A stretch of DNA of 63,357 bases, filler included, from Acetivibrio sp. (GTDB taxonomy: Bacteria; Bacillota; Clostridia; Acetivibrionales; Acetivibrionaceae), in assembly GCF_035371925.1 (NCBI RefSeq). It is 4 parts of 4 records of this genome, joined end to end, with 100 filler letters (N's around TTAATTAATTAA, not from the genome) between each part and the next. Parts side by side here need not be neighbours in the genome. Positions count along the whole stretch, not along the records: positions 50,404 to 63,357 come from NZ_DAORXT010000081.1; 3 more parts are not named here. One strand, 5' to 3'. Positions 53,799 to 63,357 of this stretch are shown here, in pieces. Position 1 is the stretch's first letter. The number at the start of each line of letters is the position of its first letter. The position numbers and the translations under genes were made by a program. The notes below the pieces were generated by a model. It was not told the DNA's origin. It saw nothing but the letters and a program-made list of their open reading frames with translations, and made no database searches.

Positions 53799-55460
53799 GT
53801 GTTGGTAGAACGGAGGAAAAAGAAGATGCCCATTATTGAATTTTTGGAGCGCAATGCTGAGTTGTACGGTCACGAAAAATGTCTGACAGAGATAAATCTG
53901 GACCTTCAGGAAAGCCATAATGTCATATGGCGCGAGTATGAACTCATCGAAAACAATCCGGCAGGGGAATATCGCAGAGATATGACCTGGCGTGTTTTTG
54001 ACGAAAAAGCAAATCGATTTGCAAATCTCCTAATCAAGAGAGGAATTAAAAAAGGTGACAAGGTGGCTATACTTTTGATGAACTGTTTGGAATGGCTGCC
54101 TATTTATTTTGGAATATTGAAGGCAGGGGCTATTGCGGTACCGATGAACTTCCGCTATACAGCCGAAGAAATAAAGTACTGCCTCAACTTATCCGATTCC
54201 ATAGCCTTGGTTTTCGGTCCGGAATTTATCGGTCGTGTGGAAAACATTTATGACCAGATACCCAATGTGAGATTATTGTTATTTGCAGGAGAAAACCGTC
54301 CTTCTTTTGCTGAAAGCTATGACCGTCTTACCGCCAATTGTTCTTCCGAAGCACCCAACATAGAAATTACAGATGATGACGATGCAGCAATATATTTTTC
54401 ATCGGGAACCACAGGGTTTCCAAAAGCAATTTTACATAGCCACGGAAGTCTTGTATCGGCTTGTTACACAGAACAGAAACATCACGGACAAACCCGTGAG
54501 GACAATTTCCTGTGTATTCCGCCCCTTTATCATACCGGTGCGAAAATGCACTGGTTCGGAAGCCTGTTGGCCGGCAGCAAAGCAGTGTTGCTGAGAGGAA
54601 TTAAGCCGGAATGGATATTAAGAACAGTTTCCGAAGAGAAAATTACAATTGTATGGCTTCTGGTTCCGTGGGCTCAGGATATTTTGGATTCAATTGACAG
54701 GGGAGAACTGAAACTGGAAGATTATGACCTTTCCCAATGGAGGCTTATGCATATTGGTGCTCAGCCGGTGCCGCCAAGCTTGATTCACCGCTGGAAAAAG
54801 TATTTTCCGCATCATCTTTACGATACCAACTATGGTCTGAGCGAGTCTGCCGGACCGGGATGCGTTCATTTGGGCGTTGAGAATATTCACAAAGTAGGTG
54901 CCATAGGCTTGCCGGGCTATAATTGGGAGGCTAAAATTATAGATGAAAAGGGATGTCCTGTAAGTCAGGGAGAGGTAGGAGAACTGGCTGTCAAGGGACC
55001 CGGTGTGATGAGATGCTATTACAAGGACCCTGAAGCTACTGCCGCAGTACTCAAGGATGGCTGGCTTCTAACCGGGGACATGGCCAGAATGGATGAAGAC
55101 GGATTTATTTATCTGGTAGACCGCAAGAAAGATGTAATTATCAGCGGTGGAGAGAATATATATCCCGTACAGATTGAAGATTTTCTGAGGGCACATGAAG
55201 CAATCAAGGATGCAGCGGTTATTGGACTTCCGGATAAGCGTTTGGGAGAAATAGCTGCAGCTATTATAGAGTTAAAGCCTGGCTGCGAGTGCACTGAAGA
55301 AGAAATAAACAAATTCTGTCTTTCACTACCGCGTTATAAACGTCCTAAAAAAATTATTTTTGACACGATTCCAAGAAATCCTACAGGAAAGATTGAAAAG
55401 CCCCGTTTAAGGGAAAAATACGGTGTGGTAGCCTTGGTAGAGGCTGAAACAATAAGCTAA
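53799..55460 (+). CDS. Class I adenylate-forming enzyme (acyl-CoA synthetase/AMP-binding)
   Basis: YFSSGTTGFPK, YGLSE, TGDMARMDEDG, DRKKDVIISGGENIYP and NPTGKI. The start may be the ATG at 53826 after GGAGG. Confidence 0.93.
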   Translation: MLVERRKKKMPIIEFLERNAELYGHEKCLTEINLDLQESHNVIWREYELIENNPAGEYRRDMTWRVFDEKANRFANLLIKRGIKKGDKVAILLMNCLEWLPIYFGILKAGAIAVPMNFRYTAEEIKYCLNLSDSIALVFGPEFIGRVENIYDQIPNVRLLLFAGENRPSFAESYDRLTANCSSEAPNIEITDDDDAAIYFSSGTTGFPKAILHSHGSLVSACYTEQKHHGQTREDNFLCIPPLYHTGAKMHWFGSLLAGSKAVLLRGIKPEWILRTVSEEKITIVWLLVPWAQDILDSIDRGELKLEDYDLSQWRLMHIGAQPVPPSLIHRWKKYFPHHLYDTNYGLSESAGPGCVHLGVENIHKVGAIGLPGYNWEAKIIDEKGCPVSQGEVGELAVKGPGVMRCYYKDPEATAAVLKDGWLLTGDMARMDEDGFIYLVDRKKDVIISGGENIYPVQIEDFLRAHEAIKDAAVIGLPDKRLGEIAAAIIELKPGCECTEEEINKFCLSLPRYKRPKKIIFDTIPRNPTGKIEKPRLREKYGVVALVEAETIS

Positions 55461-55670
55461 TAATGCCCTTCACGTTTTAAATTATATATTAATTGGGAAT
55501 GGCTTTGACTGATATATCGGCAAGGCCATTCTTATTTTTTTTCAAAATCAAAAAGATAAAACGGACAACTCACAAAATTAACATATTTAGAATAGATTTG
55601 AATAGAAATATGAAGATATTTTGAGATTCACAGAGAAAATTCAGTTGAATCATTATTAACAAAAAGCAAA

Positions 55671-55687
55671 GGTCAAGGAAAGTCAAA
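55671..55687 (+). promoter_or_regulatory. CtsR-type operator upstream of hsp20
   Basis: GGTCAAG-GAA-AGTCAAA fits the RGTCAAA-N3-RGTCAAA heptad direct repeat with 1 mismatch. Confidence 0.65.
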
Positions 55688-55782
55688 GTCTAAAGTTGAT
55701 AATATAGCTGCAAAATTGTATAAATAATATATAAAGATGATTAAACGTCAAATCAATATCAAAAAATTTGGAGGTGTTGTTT

Positions 55783-56232
55783 ATGTTCGGAATAGTACCT
55801 TTTGGAAGAAGAGGAACAGGTGTTCAAAGAAGAAACGGAGACTTTTTTGATATTGACAACTTTTTTGACGACTTTTTCAACGACGAATTTTTCTCTGCGT
55901 TTTACGGCCGCAATCAAATGAAAGTCGATATAAGTGAAAACGATAAAGAATATATTCTTGAAGCCGATATGCCGGGAATAGACAAAGAAAACATCAGTAT
56001 TGAAGTCAATGGTGATGTACTCACGATAAGTGCCAAATGCGATGAACAGACAGAAGTGAAAAAAGAGAATTACCTAAGAAAAGAAAGAAGAGCAAGTTCG
56101 ATGTCAAGGTCCTTTACTCTTGAAAATGTTGATAGCGACAGGATTACGGCAAGGCATGAAAGAGGCGTATTGACATTGATACTGCCAAAGAAAGAGACTC
56201 GCTACAGAGGAAGAAGAATCGATATTTCTTAA
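55783..56232 (+). CDS. Hsp20/alpha-crystallin small heat-shock protein
   Basis: MKVDISENDKEYILEADMPG, RKERRASSMSRSFTL and GVLTLILPK; GGAGG RBS; terminator at about 56256-56288. Confidence 0.96.
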   Translation: MFGIVPFGRRGTGVQRRNGDFFDIDNFFDDFFNDEFFSAFYGRNQMKVDISENDKEYILEADMPGIDKENISIEVNGDVLTISAKCDEQTEVKKENYLRKERRASSMSRSFTLENVDSDRITARHERGVLTLILPKKETRYRGRRIDIS

Positions 56233-56366
56233 TATGCAAATAATAATGAAAGGGTGGGCTCCCCTATACACGGGGGAGCTTTTTTTGATTTAAAAATAGG
56301 TTGTTATACGGGCCCGATGTTGTTGGAAAGAGAAACAGATAAGGGAAAAATGGGCTTGTAGGAGTA

Positions 56367-56395
56367 TTGACAACGGGGCAATAAATAAATATAAT
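56367..56395 (+). promoter_or_regulatory. Consensus sigma-A promoter for nrtR
   Basis: TTGACA (56367-56372), 17-bp spacer, TATAAT (56390-56395); palindrome TGATAATATCA at 56409-56419. Confidence 0.8.
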
Positions 56396-56449
56396 GATAC
56401 TAACATAATGATAATATCAAAACTCAAATTTCAAATTCGAGGTGAAACA

Positions 56450-57361
56450 ATGAGCGAATCAAAAAAGCTTAATAAACAAGGACTTACCGAAGAGCAGTTT
56501 TTAGCGGCTTATGATGCCAGCAAATTTGAGAGGCCGTCAATGACGGTGGATATGCTGATTTTTACTGTGACTGATGAAAAAAAGGAGAATTATAGAAAGC
56601 TTCCTCAAAAGGTTTTGCGATTGTTGATGATTAAAAGGGGTGACCATCCGTATATAGGACAATGGGCGCTTCCAGGCGGTTTTGTTAACATGGATGAAAA
56701 TCTGGAAGATGGAGCTTTAAGGGAGCTGAAAGAAGAGACAAATATTGACAATATATATATGGAGCAGCTTTATACCTGGGGAGATGTAGACAGAGACCCC
56801 CGCACACGGGTAATAAGCGTTTCCTATATGGCGCTGGTGGACAGCTCCAATCTCAATATCAAGGCCAGTGATGATGCCGATGATGCCAAATGGTTTACCG
56901 TATCGTGTAATATGTATCAGGAGCAAAAAACAGTGACCGAAAAGGGATATATATTGCAGCGGTTGTATAACTTAAAGCTGTCCAACGAGGAGGAAAATCT
57001 TTCAGCGGTTATAAAGACGGTAAAAACTGTTGAAGGAAAAATATCCAGAGTAGAAAGAGAAATTGTCGAATCAAACGGTATCGCTTTTGACCACGCAAAG
57101 ATTATACAATATGCTATTGAAAGGCTGCGAAATAAAATTGAGTATACCGATATTGCGTTTAACCTCATGCCGGCAAGGTTTACTTTGACGGAGCTCCAGC
57201 AGGTGTATGAGGTGATTTTGGACAAGGAGCTGTTAAAAGCAAACTTCAGGAGGAAAATAGCCGATATGGTAATTGAAACAAACGAGTACACCAAAGATGC
57301 AGGGCATAGGCCTTCAAAACTTTTTAAATTCAACCCAAATTGGAACGATTCCTCAGAATAA
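56450..57361 (+). CDS. nrtR: NrtR-family regulator (Nudix + winged helix)
   Basis: WALPGGFV, ALRELKEET, RDPRTRVISVSY, AFDHAKII, FTLTELQQVYE, ANFRRK and GHRPSKLF. ATG at 56450 follows GAGGTG. Confidence 0.88.
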   Translation: MSESKKLNKQGLTEEQFLAAYDASKFERPSMTVDMLIFTVTDEKKENYRKLPQKVLRLLMIKRGDHPYIGQWALPGGFVNMDENLEDGALRELKEETNIDNIYMEQLYTWGDVDRDPRTRVISVSYMALVDSSNLNIKASDDADDAKWFTVSCNMYQEQKTVTEKGYILQRLYNLKLSNEEENLSAVIKTVKTVEGKISRVEREIVESNGIAFDHAKIIQYAIERLRNKIEYTDIAFNLMPARFTLTELQQVYEVILDKELLKANFRRKIADMVIETNEYTKDAGHRPSKLFKFNPNWNDSSE

Positions 57362-57373
57362 TAAAAAACGTTA

Positions 57374-57431
57374 TTGACATATTGGTCTATTTGTAATAGA
57401 CTAATAATATAAAGTCTATAATAAATAGACC
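57374..57431 (+). promoter_or_regulatory. Promoter with two BlaI/MecI/CopY-type operator palindromes
   Basis: TTGACA at 57374; GTCTAT-N5-ATAGAC at 57385-57401 and 57414-57430; the first site overlaps the putative -10 (TAGACT). Confidence 0.75.
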
Positions 57432-57444
57432 AAGGAGGACTAAC

Positions 57445-57561
57445 ATGAAAGAATATAAGCTTTCACAAAGTGAAATAAAGCATATAAGCGGCAAAAAAAG
57501 CAGCAAACATCAGAATGAAGAGTTGGGAAGATTGACTTATGGGCACAAGGAGGTGCTATAA
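57445..57561 (+). pseudogene. blaI: Internally deleted BlaI/MecI/CopY repressor (38 aa)
   Basis: MKEYKLSQSEIK + HISGKKSSKHQNEELGRLTYGHKEVL*: a BlaI-like N-terminus joined to a BlaI-like C-terminus; AGGAGG RBS; stop abuts the M56 start codon. Confidence 0.75.
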
Positions 57562-59772
57562 ATGAGTGAGTTATTTCTCTCCGTTTTAAATATGAGTTTT
57601 ACAGCAAGCTATGTAATTTTATGCGTGATGCTTCTTAGGCTGTTACTTAAAAAAGCTCCGAAATTCATCTCCTATGCTTTGTGGGGTGTTGTGGCCTTTC
57701 GCCTTATAATTCCGTTTTCTTTTGAAAGCATGTACAGTCTTTTGCCCCGGAATATGAATACTGTTCCGATTTCCCATGAAATCATCTATCAGCAAAGTCC
57801 CAAAATTGATAGCGGGATAGAAGCAATGGACGCTATTGTAAACCAGTCCCTTCCCAAGCCGGATGTTGCGGCAAGTGTAAATCCATTGCAGATTTATACA
57901 TTGCAGATTTATATAGAAATTGGATCATATATCTGGGTTTTGGGAATAATAACATTACTCATTTACAGTTTGGTGTCGGTTTTGAAACTAAAAAGACAGC
58001 TTAAAAATGCAGAGCAAATAGATATGAATATCTTCGAAGTCCGGAATTTGAAAACTCCCTTTGTATTAGGAGTAAGAAAGCCCAAGATATATTTGCCGGC
58101 CGGACTTGAGGCTACCGAGAGAAGATATATTTTGCTGCATGAGCAAACCCATATCAAGCGCAAAGATTATATCATTAAAATATTAGCTTTCTTAATATTA
58201 GCCATACACTGGTTCAATCCCCTTGTGTGGGTTGCATTCAGATTAATGAGCAAGGATATGGAGCTTTCCTGTGACGAGAGTGTTTTAAAAGAAATGGATT
58301 TGGATATTAAAAAGCCATATGCCAATTCATTATTGTCCCTTGCAACCGAAAGACATATTTTAAATGGAAGCCCTCTGGCTTTTGGTGAGGGAAATGTTAA
58401 AGACAGAATCAAGAATGTATTGAATTACAAAAAACCAACCTTTTGGTTGATTGCCGTTGCATTAGTAGTAGCTGTAGCCGCAGGAATCGGTTTATTGGCT
58501 AATCCGGTTTCTCAAAAACCAGTTGAGAATAAGCCTTTATCACAGCTTTTAAAAAATAAAACCGAGTATGTGGGTGACAACTCAAAGGTTGGAGGTATTA
58601 TCTTTTCATTAAAGTTTCCCGACAACGTGGATTATAATTCTTTTGAGCTTTATACAGACAGTGAACCTTATGGAGTAAATGTGAATCTCAAAACGAATAC
58701 TGAATCCAAAAACATATATAATGTTGAAGCAAACCAACAGCAGTTTGAAACTAATGCGTTGATTATGTTTTCCCTGATTGGAAACGTTGAAAATATCAAT
58801 TTTACACTGGATGATGGAGCATCCCCGTATTCTATACAATACACGAGGGAGTGGGCGAACAAGCGATGCGGAAAAGATGTGCGGGATTTTGCCAAAAGTG
58901 AGGAGGAACTTGGCAAGCTAATTAACGGCACATATGGCATTCCGAAAAATGAAGGCATTGGCGAGATTATAGAAGAAAACTTAAGTGTCATAATGTCATC
59001 GCCAGACATATCCTCCAATCCGCAGGATTATATCTATGTCAATAAGAAAGAATACCAAAACATTTTGAAATACGGTGAAGAGGCGCTGGAATATTTGCTT
59101 TCGCAGTTTGAAGCAGGTAATGATGAAGGACTTCGGGGGCATATCATGATGAGACTGTGTAAAGAGCTCTTAGGCCCGAGAAATAATGTTACCGATGATT
59201 CACTAAGTCCGAGAGAGTGGTATAATGCACTGTCCATCCGCCAAGAAAGAAAGCTTCCCAATTTTGAATATGACGGCGAGGATCCCATTGAAAAGCTTGT
59301 TTATACCACGGAAATTGAGATGAATTCAGACCCTAAAGGGGAAGGATTTGTAGTTGTTGCGCCGAAAATCTTTGGAAGTTATGAGGAAAAGAATCTGCTA
59401 AAAGTATTTGCGACTACTTACAGTGCCAGATACAGGATTTTTGAGGACACCTTGTCGGAAGAGAGCGGCAGCATTGTTCCGGTGGCAATAACCTATCGAA
59501 AAGATGATAACGGCAATTTTATCCTTGAAAAATACGAGCAAGCAAGGGATGGCGCAGGATTTGCTCCTTCCATCAGGGAGTTTTGTACGATGCCGGTATC
59601 GGGAAAAGAGATAAAGGGACTTGCAGACCAAATTCTTAAGCATTACTCTGATTATAAGGATATCCGCATTCTGATGCATGATAACCTTGCCAAGCATTTA
59701 AAGAAAAATGGCCTTACATCTACCAAGCTTCTCAAGTCTTCCGGTGATGAGTTTGAATTCTCGGTACTCTAA
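57562..59772 (+). CDS. BlaR1-like M56 metallopeptidase sensor with an extracellular DUF4825-like domain
   Basis: YILLHEQTHIKRKD (HExxH), HWFNPLVW, DMELSCDE, LAFGEGNVKDRIKNVL, TM segment, then KTEYVGDNSKVGGI. Confidence 0.9.
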   Translation: MSELFLSVLNMSFTASYVILCVMLLRLLLKKAPKFISYALWGVVAFRLIIPFSFESMYSLLPRNMNTVPISHEIIYQQSPKIDSGIEAMDAIVNQSLPKPDVAASVNPLQIYTLQIYIEIGSYIWVLGIITLLIYSLVSVLKLKRQLKNAEQIDMNIFEVRNLKTPFVLGVRKPKIYLPAGLEATERRYILLHEQTHIKRKDYIIKILAFLILAIHWFNPLVWVAFRLMSKDMELSCDESVLKEMDLDIKKPYANSLLSLATERHILNGSPLAFGEGNVKDRIKNVLNYKKPTFWLIAVALVVAVAAGIGLLANPVSQKPVENKPLSQLLKNKTEYVGDNSKVGGIIFSLKFPDNVDYNSFELYTDSEPYGVNVNLKTNTESKNIYNVEANQQQFETNALIMFSLIGNVENINFTLDDGASPYSIQYTREWANKRCGKDVRDFAKSEEELGKLINGTYGIPKNEGIGEIIEENLSVIMSSPDISSNPQDYIYVNKKEYQNILKYGEEALEYLLSQFEAGNDEGLRGHIMMRLCKELLGPRNNVTDDSLSPREWYNALSIRQERKLPNFEYDGEDPIEKLVYTTEIEMNSDPKGEGFVVVAPKIFGSYEEKNLLKVFATTYSARYRIFEDTLSEESGSIVPVAITYRKDDNGNFILEKYEQARDGAGFAPSIREFCTMPVSGKEIKGLADQILKHYSDYKDIRILMHDNLAKHLKKNGLTSTKLLKSSGDEFEFSVL

Positions 59773-60184
59773 ACTAATAAAAATGTAAATCAAGATGCAT
59801 AAAAGGTTGGAAAGCACTTAAAACCCTACTTAGATAGAATAATCTATATGAGTGGGGTTTTTTATGGTATGTGGTATTGGATATTAGGGATATTTAAGAA
59901 ATATTCCAAAACTATTCTTTTTAAATGTAACTTTTTATGAGATGCAAAATTTAAAAATCTGATATATAATGATAAAGCAATAAGGGTAAAGAGAGTTTAC
60001 GAGGAAACAAAATATAATAGAGAATGGATATTAATTCCGATAAAAGGTTTAAGCGGCCTATTAAAGAATGAATTGGAATATCATACTAAGTTATAATTTT
60101 AAAGAGAAATTCTTTAATAAAAGTTACCTGTGAGGGGCGTACTTACGAGAGGTTTGGAAGTAGGAAAATTACAGGAGGTGCAGT

Positions 60185-61522
60185 ATGAACGTTTTGGTTT
60201 TAAATGGGAGTCCCAAAGGAGATTTTAGTATTACACTGCAAACTTTATTGTATCTGGAAAAGAAGTTTTCGGAGCATAAATTTCAGTTTCTCCGTGTCGG
60301 TCAACAGATTAAATCCATTGAAAAGGATTTTTCAACTGTGAGTGAGGCGATAACAAGTGCAGATTTGATTATTTTCTCTTATCCTGTTTATACCTTTATT
60401 GCACCAAGTCAGCTGCACCGTTTTATAGAGCTTTTAAAGGCATCCGGCCTTGATGTGTGGGGGAAATTTGCCACCCAGATTACCACTTCAAAACATTTTT
60501 ATGACGTGACAGCCCATAAGTATATTGAGGACAACTGTCATGACCTTGGTATGAAGTACATCAAGGGGCTGTCTGCCGATATGGATGACCTTCTTACGGA
60601 AAACGGACGTAAAGCTGCAATAGACTTTTTTCAATATGTATGCTGGTGTATAAAAAATGACATATATGAACCTGCTCCAAAGGCATCTTCGGCTCCTGCG
60701 CATCTTCCGGTTAGTCCTGCAAAACCAACTCAAGAGAAAAAGAATGGCGATGTGGTTATTGTTACGGATTGTGCAAAAGACGACAAACAGCTTAATGATA
60801 TGATTGACAGGTTTAGGGCAGTTCTAAATTATAACAGCCGCATTGTCCATATTTCGGAGTATCCTTTTCATGGAGGATGTATAAGCTGCTTTAATTGTGC
60901 TGCTTCGGGAAAATGCATTTTCAAGGATGGTTTTGATGACTTTTTGCGCAACAATATTCAGACTGCAGATGCCATAATATATGCATTTTCTATCAAGGAC
61001 CATTCCATGGGCTCCATTTTTAAAATGTATGATGACAGGCAGTTTTGCAACGGTCACAGAACAGTGACCATGGGAAAGCCCACAGGATACCTGATTAGCG
61101 GTAATTATCCGGCAGAGACCAACCTGCAGATGATAATTGAAGGGCGAAGCGAGGTTGGAGGTAATTTTCTTGCGGGAGTTGCGTGTGATGAATCAAATCC
61201 GGATGAGGAAATAGACAGACTTGCAGCAAGGCTTGAATATGCGATAAGTCATAAATATGTCCAGCCTCCAAATTTCTATGGTGTCGGCGGAATGAAAATC
61301 TTCAGGGACCTTATCTGGTTAATGCGCGGGCTGATGAAGGCTGACCACCGCTTTTACAAAGAACACGGATTGTATGATTTTCCTCAAAAGAAAAGAGGTA
61401 CTGCATTAAAAATGTATCTTGTAGGTGCCCTCATATCTTCTCCAAAGCTTAAGGCTAAAGTTGGAAATAAAATGAATGAAGGTATGCTTGCGCCGTATAA
61501 AAAAGTTTTGGAGCAGTATTGA
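60185..61522 (+). CDS. NAD(P)H-dependent oxidoreductase with two flavodoxin-like domains (iron-sulfur flavoprotein-like)
   Basis: LVLNGSPKG, SYPVYTF and GGCISCFNCAASGKC (Cys cluster). Confidence 0.8.
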   Translation: MNVLVLNGSPKGDFSITLQTLLYLEKKFSEHKFQFLRVGQQIKSIEKDFSTVSEAITSADLIIFSYPVYTFIAPSQLHRFIELLKASGLDVWGKFATQITTSKHFYDVTAHKYIEDNCHDLGMKYIKGLSADMDDLLTENGRKAAIDFFQYVCWCIKNDIYEPAPKASSAPAHLPVSPAKPTQEKKNGDVVIVTDCAKDDKQLNDMIDRFRAVLNYNSRIVHISEYPFHGGCISCFNCAASGKCIFKDGFDDFLRNNIQTADAIIYAFSIKDHSMGSIFKMYDDRQFCNGHRTVTMGKPTGYLISGNYPAETNLQMIIEGRSEVGGNFLAGVACDESNPDEEIDRLAARLEYAISHKYVQPPNFYGVGGMKIFRDLIWLMRGLMKADHRFYKEHGLYDFPQKKRGTALKMYLVGALISSPKLKAKVGNKMNEGMLAPYKKVLEQY

Positions 61523-61707
61523 TACAGGAAAGTATTTGTGCAATAAAGTGAGATTGAATTGAGAACTATAGTGAAAATGCGGTAGAAAGTTTACGAAACA
61601 ACTTAACAAATATTATCGTGCATATGAAACTCTATGGGTAGAGCTGTTGAAATAATCGAAAACTTAGGTAAACGAACATATTGCATTGATGTAAAGGGAG
61701 TAGAGGC

Positions 61708-62820
61708 ATGAAAAACAGAATAATTGCTTTTTTAAAAAAAGAAGTTGTGCTTGTGGCGGCCGCAATACTTGCTTGCTTGTCCGCTTTTTTTGTTCCGCCT
61801 ACAAGTGCTTATATGGAATATATTGACTGGTGTGTATTAGGCATTTTGCTAAGCCTGATGACGGTTATGGCAGGCCTTCAAAAGAACGGACTTTTTGATG
61901 CTTTAGTCGTTGCATTGCTAAAAAGAACCAAAAAAGTGTGGCAATTGGCGTTTGTATTGGTATTCTTGTGCTTTTTTCTCAGTATGCTGATTACTAATGA
62001 TGTTGCCCTTATCACCTTTGTCCCCTTTGCTATTTTGACTTTGAAAAAGTGCGGGCAGGAACGGCTGGTTATACCTGTGGTGGTTCTTCAGACAATAGCA
62101 GCAAACCTTGGCAGTATGTTAACTCCCATAGGCAATCCCCAGAACTTGTATTTATATAATTTATCTCAGGTGGGGATATTGGAGTTTATGCAATGCATGC
62201 TTCCTTATACAGTAGTTTCCGGGCTTTTGCTGGTAATTTCGTTATTGCTTATAAAGGGCAAACAGGAAGTGGTTGTCATAAAAGAACAGACTAAAACGCA
62301 GCTTTCCCTCAAAAAGAACATAATCTACCTTGCGTTATTTGTTTTGTCTCTTTTAAGCGTTGCTAAAATTTTGCCTTATATGGTCGTATTGGTTTTAGTG
62401 CTAATTGTAGTTTTCATAATGGAGAAGGATGTATTAAAATCGGTGGATTATTCTTTGCTTTTGACTTTTATTTGCTTTTTCATTTTCACAGGGAATTTGG
62501 AAAATATTCCCACGGTAAAAGAGGCATTGCAAAATTTGATAACCGGTCGGGAGCTTGTCATAAGTGTTTTTGCAAGTCAAGCCATAAGCAATGTTCCCGC
62601 GGCACTTTTATTATCCGAATTCACGGACAACTACCGGGTATTATTAAAGGGTGTGAATATTGGCGGCCTTGGAACTTTGATTGCATCGATGGCAAGCTTA
62701 ATATCCTATAAAATATTTGCAAACCATTATGATAAACTTAAAGGACGGTATTTTCTTTGGTTTACTTTGGCAAACATAGTTTATTTATTAATATTAATGG
62801 CGGTAGCGATGATAATCTGA
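61708..62820 (+). CDS. SLC13/ArsB-NhaD-type anion (citrate) transporter
   Basis: ITNDVALITFVP, AANLGSMLTPIGNPQNL, SQAISNVPA and GVNIGGLGTLIASMASL. Confidence 0.85.
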   Translation: MKNRIIAFLKKEVVLVAAAILACLSAFFVPPTSAYMEYIDWCVLGILLSLMTVMAGLQKNGLFDALVVALLKRTKKVWQLAFVLVFLCFFLSMLITNDVALITFVPFAILTLKKCGQERLVIPVVVLQTIAANLGSMLTPIGNPQNLYLYNLSQVGILEFMQCMLPYTVVSGLLLVISLLLIKGKQEVVVIKEQTKTQLSLKKNIIYLALFVLSLLSVAKILPYMVVLVLVLIVVFIMEKDVLKSVDYSLLLTFICFFIFTGNLENIPTVKEALQNLITGRELVISVFASQAISNVPAALLLSEFTDNYRVLLKGVNIGGLGTLIASMASLISYKIFANHYDKLKGRYFLWFTLANIVYLLILMAVAMII

Positions 62821-62966
62821 TTCTGTTGTAGCTGCTGTATGGAGGTACAAGTATTATCTTTGCCAAATTACTCTTAAAAATCGGAGACTGCTATATTTTT
62901 TTATAAAAGCTATGAGATATGGACATCCATACCTCATAGCTTTAAAAAGTATTTTAGAGGAGACAT

Positions 62967-63305
62967 TTATGGAATAAACTCTTCAACAACTTCTTCGAGG
63001 TTTGAATAACGATCCCATCCGCCAATTGTATATATTTTATTGTTTACAACAGATGCAGTATGACCTTCTCTTTCTGTACCGGAATATGCAACTTTTTTCC
63101 ATTTGTTGCTTGCCACATCATATTCTTCGGTTATATATGTAACTCCTACTGAGTCTTGAAGGCCGCCCATCGCATAGATTTTACCGTTAATCGCTACTGC
63201 CGCCAAATTGCTTCTGGGTGTCGGAATGTCTGCAACTCTTGTCCATGTGTTGGTTATAGGGTTGTACTTTTCGACAATTGGGCATTTGGCGTTTGAATCT
63301 GTACC
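62967..63305 (-). pseudogene. 3' fragment of a Kelch-repeat protein gene interrupted by an IS
   Basis: Frame is open up to the IS end: GTDSNAKCPIVEKYNPITNTWTRVADIPTPRSNLAAVAINGKIYAMGG...GKIY/KIYTIGG Kelch repeats. Confidence 0.8.
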
Positions 63306-63306
63306 A

Positions 63307-63357
63307 GGTAAGTTGTAAAATTAATTGCCCAAACATGATAAAAAAGAAGTGACTCAA
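63307..63357 (+). mobile_element. Terminal end of the same IS seen at the window start
   Basis: 51-bp identity with positions 3-53 in reverse complement; begins exactly where the Kelch frame breaks. Confidence 0.75.

Overview
The window is not one continuous locus. It is four draft contigs joined by artificial N-TTAATTAATTAA-N linkers (17065-17164, 33690-33789, 50304-50403), so adjacency across the linkers has no biological meaning. Contigs A, B and D look like a cellulolytic clostridium of the Acetivibrio/Hungateiclostridium type (strong GGAGG RBSs, SLH protein, 37-bp CRISPR repeat ending ATTGAAAC). Contig A (1-17064) holds the spc/alpha ribosomal protein cluster, ECF transporter genes, truA and a ROK kinase. 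Contig B (17165-33689) holds a SpoIID/LytB-domain gene, queA-tgt-yajC and a PyrR-attenuated pyr/car operon. Contig D (50404-63357) holds a broken SLH/Ca-repeat protein with an IS200 remnant, a cas-less CRISPR array collapsed in a gap, an acyl-CoA ligase, hsp20, nrtR, an internally deleted blaI next to an intact BlaR1-like gene, a flavoprotein, a transporter and an IS-truncated Kelch gene. Contig C (33790-50303) is foreign. It is a 16.5-kb virion and packaging module of a crAss-like, Bacteroidota-type phage: tandem GroES, large TerL, large portal, scaffold-like protein, MCP and fibres. Its genes lack Shine-Dalgarno sites and have TAnnTTTG promoters. It also carries an HTH/iteron origin-like locus and a marked same-strand compositional gradient. 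This phage contig is the strongest candidate for something undescribed. All protein family assignments come from motif recognition and gene order; no database searches were run.
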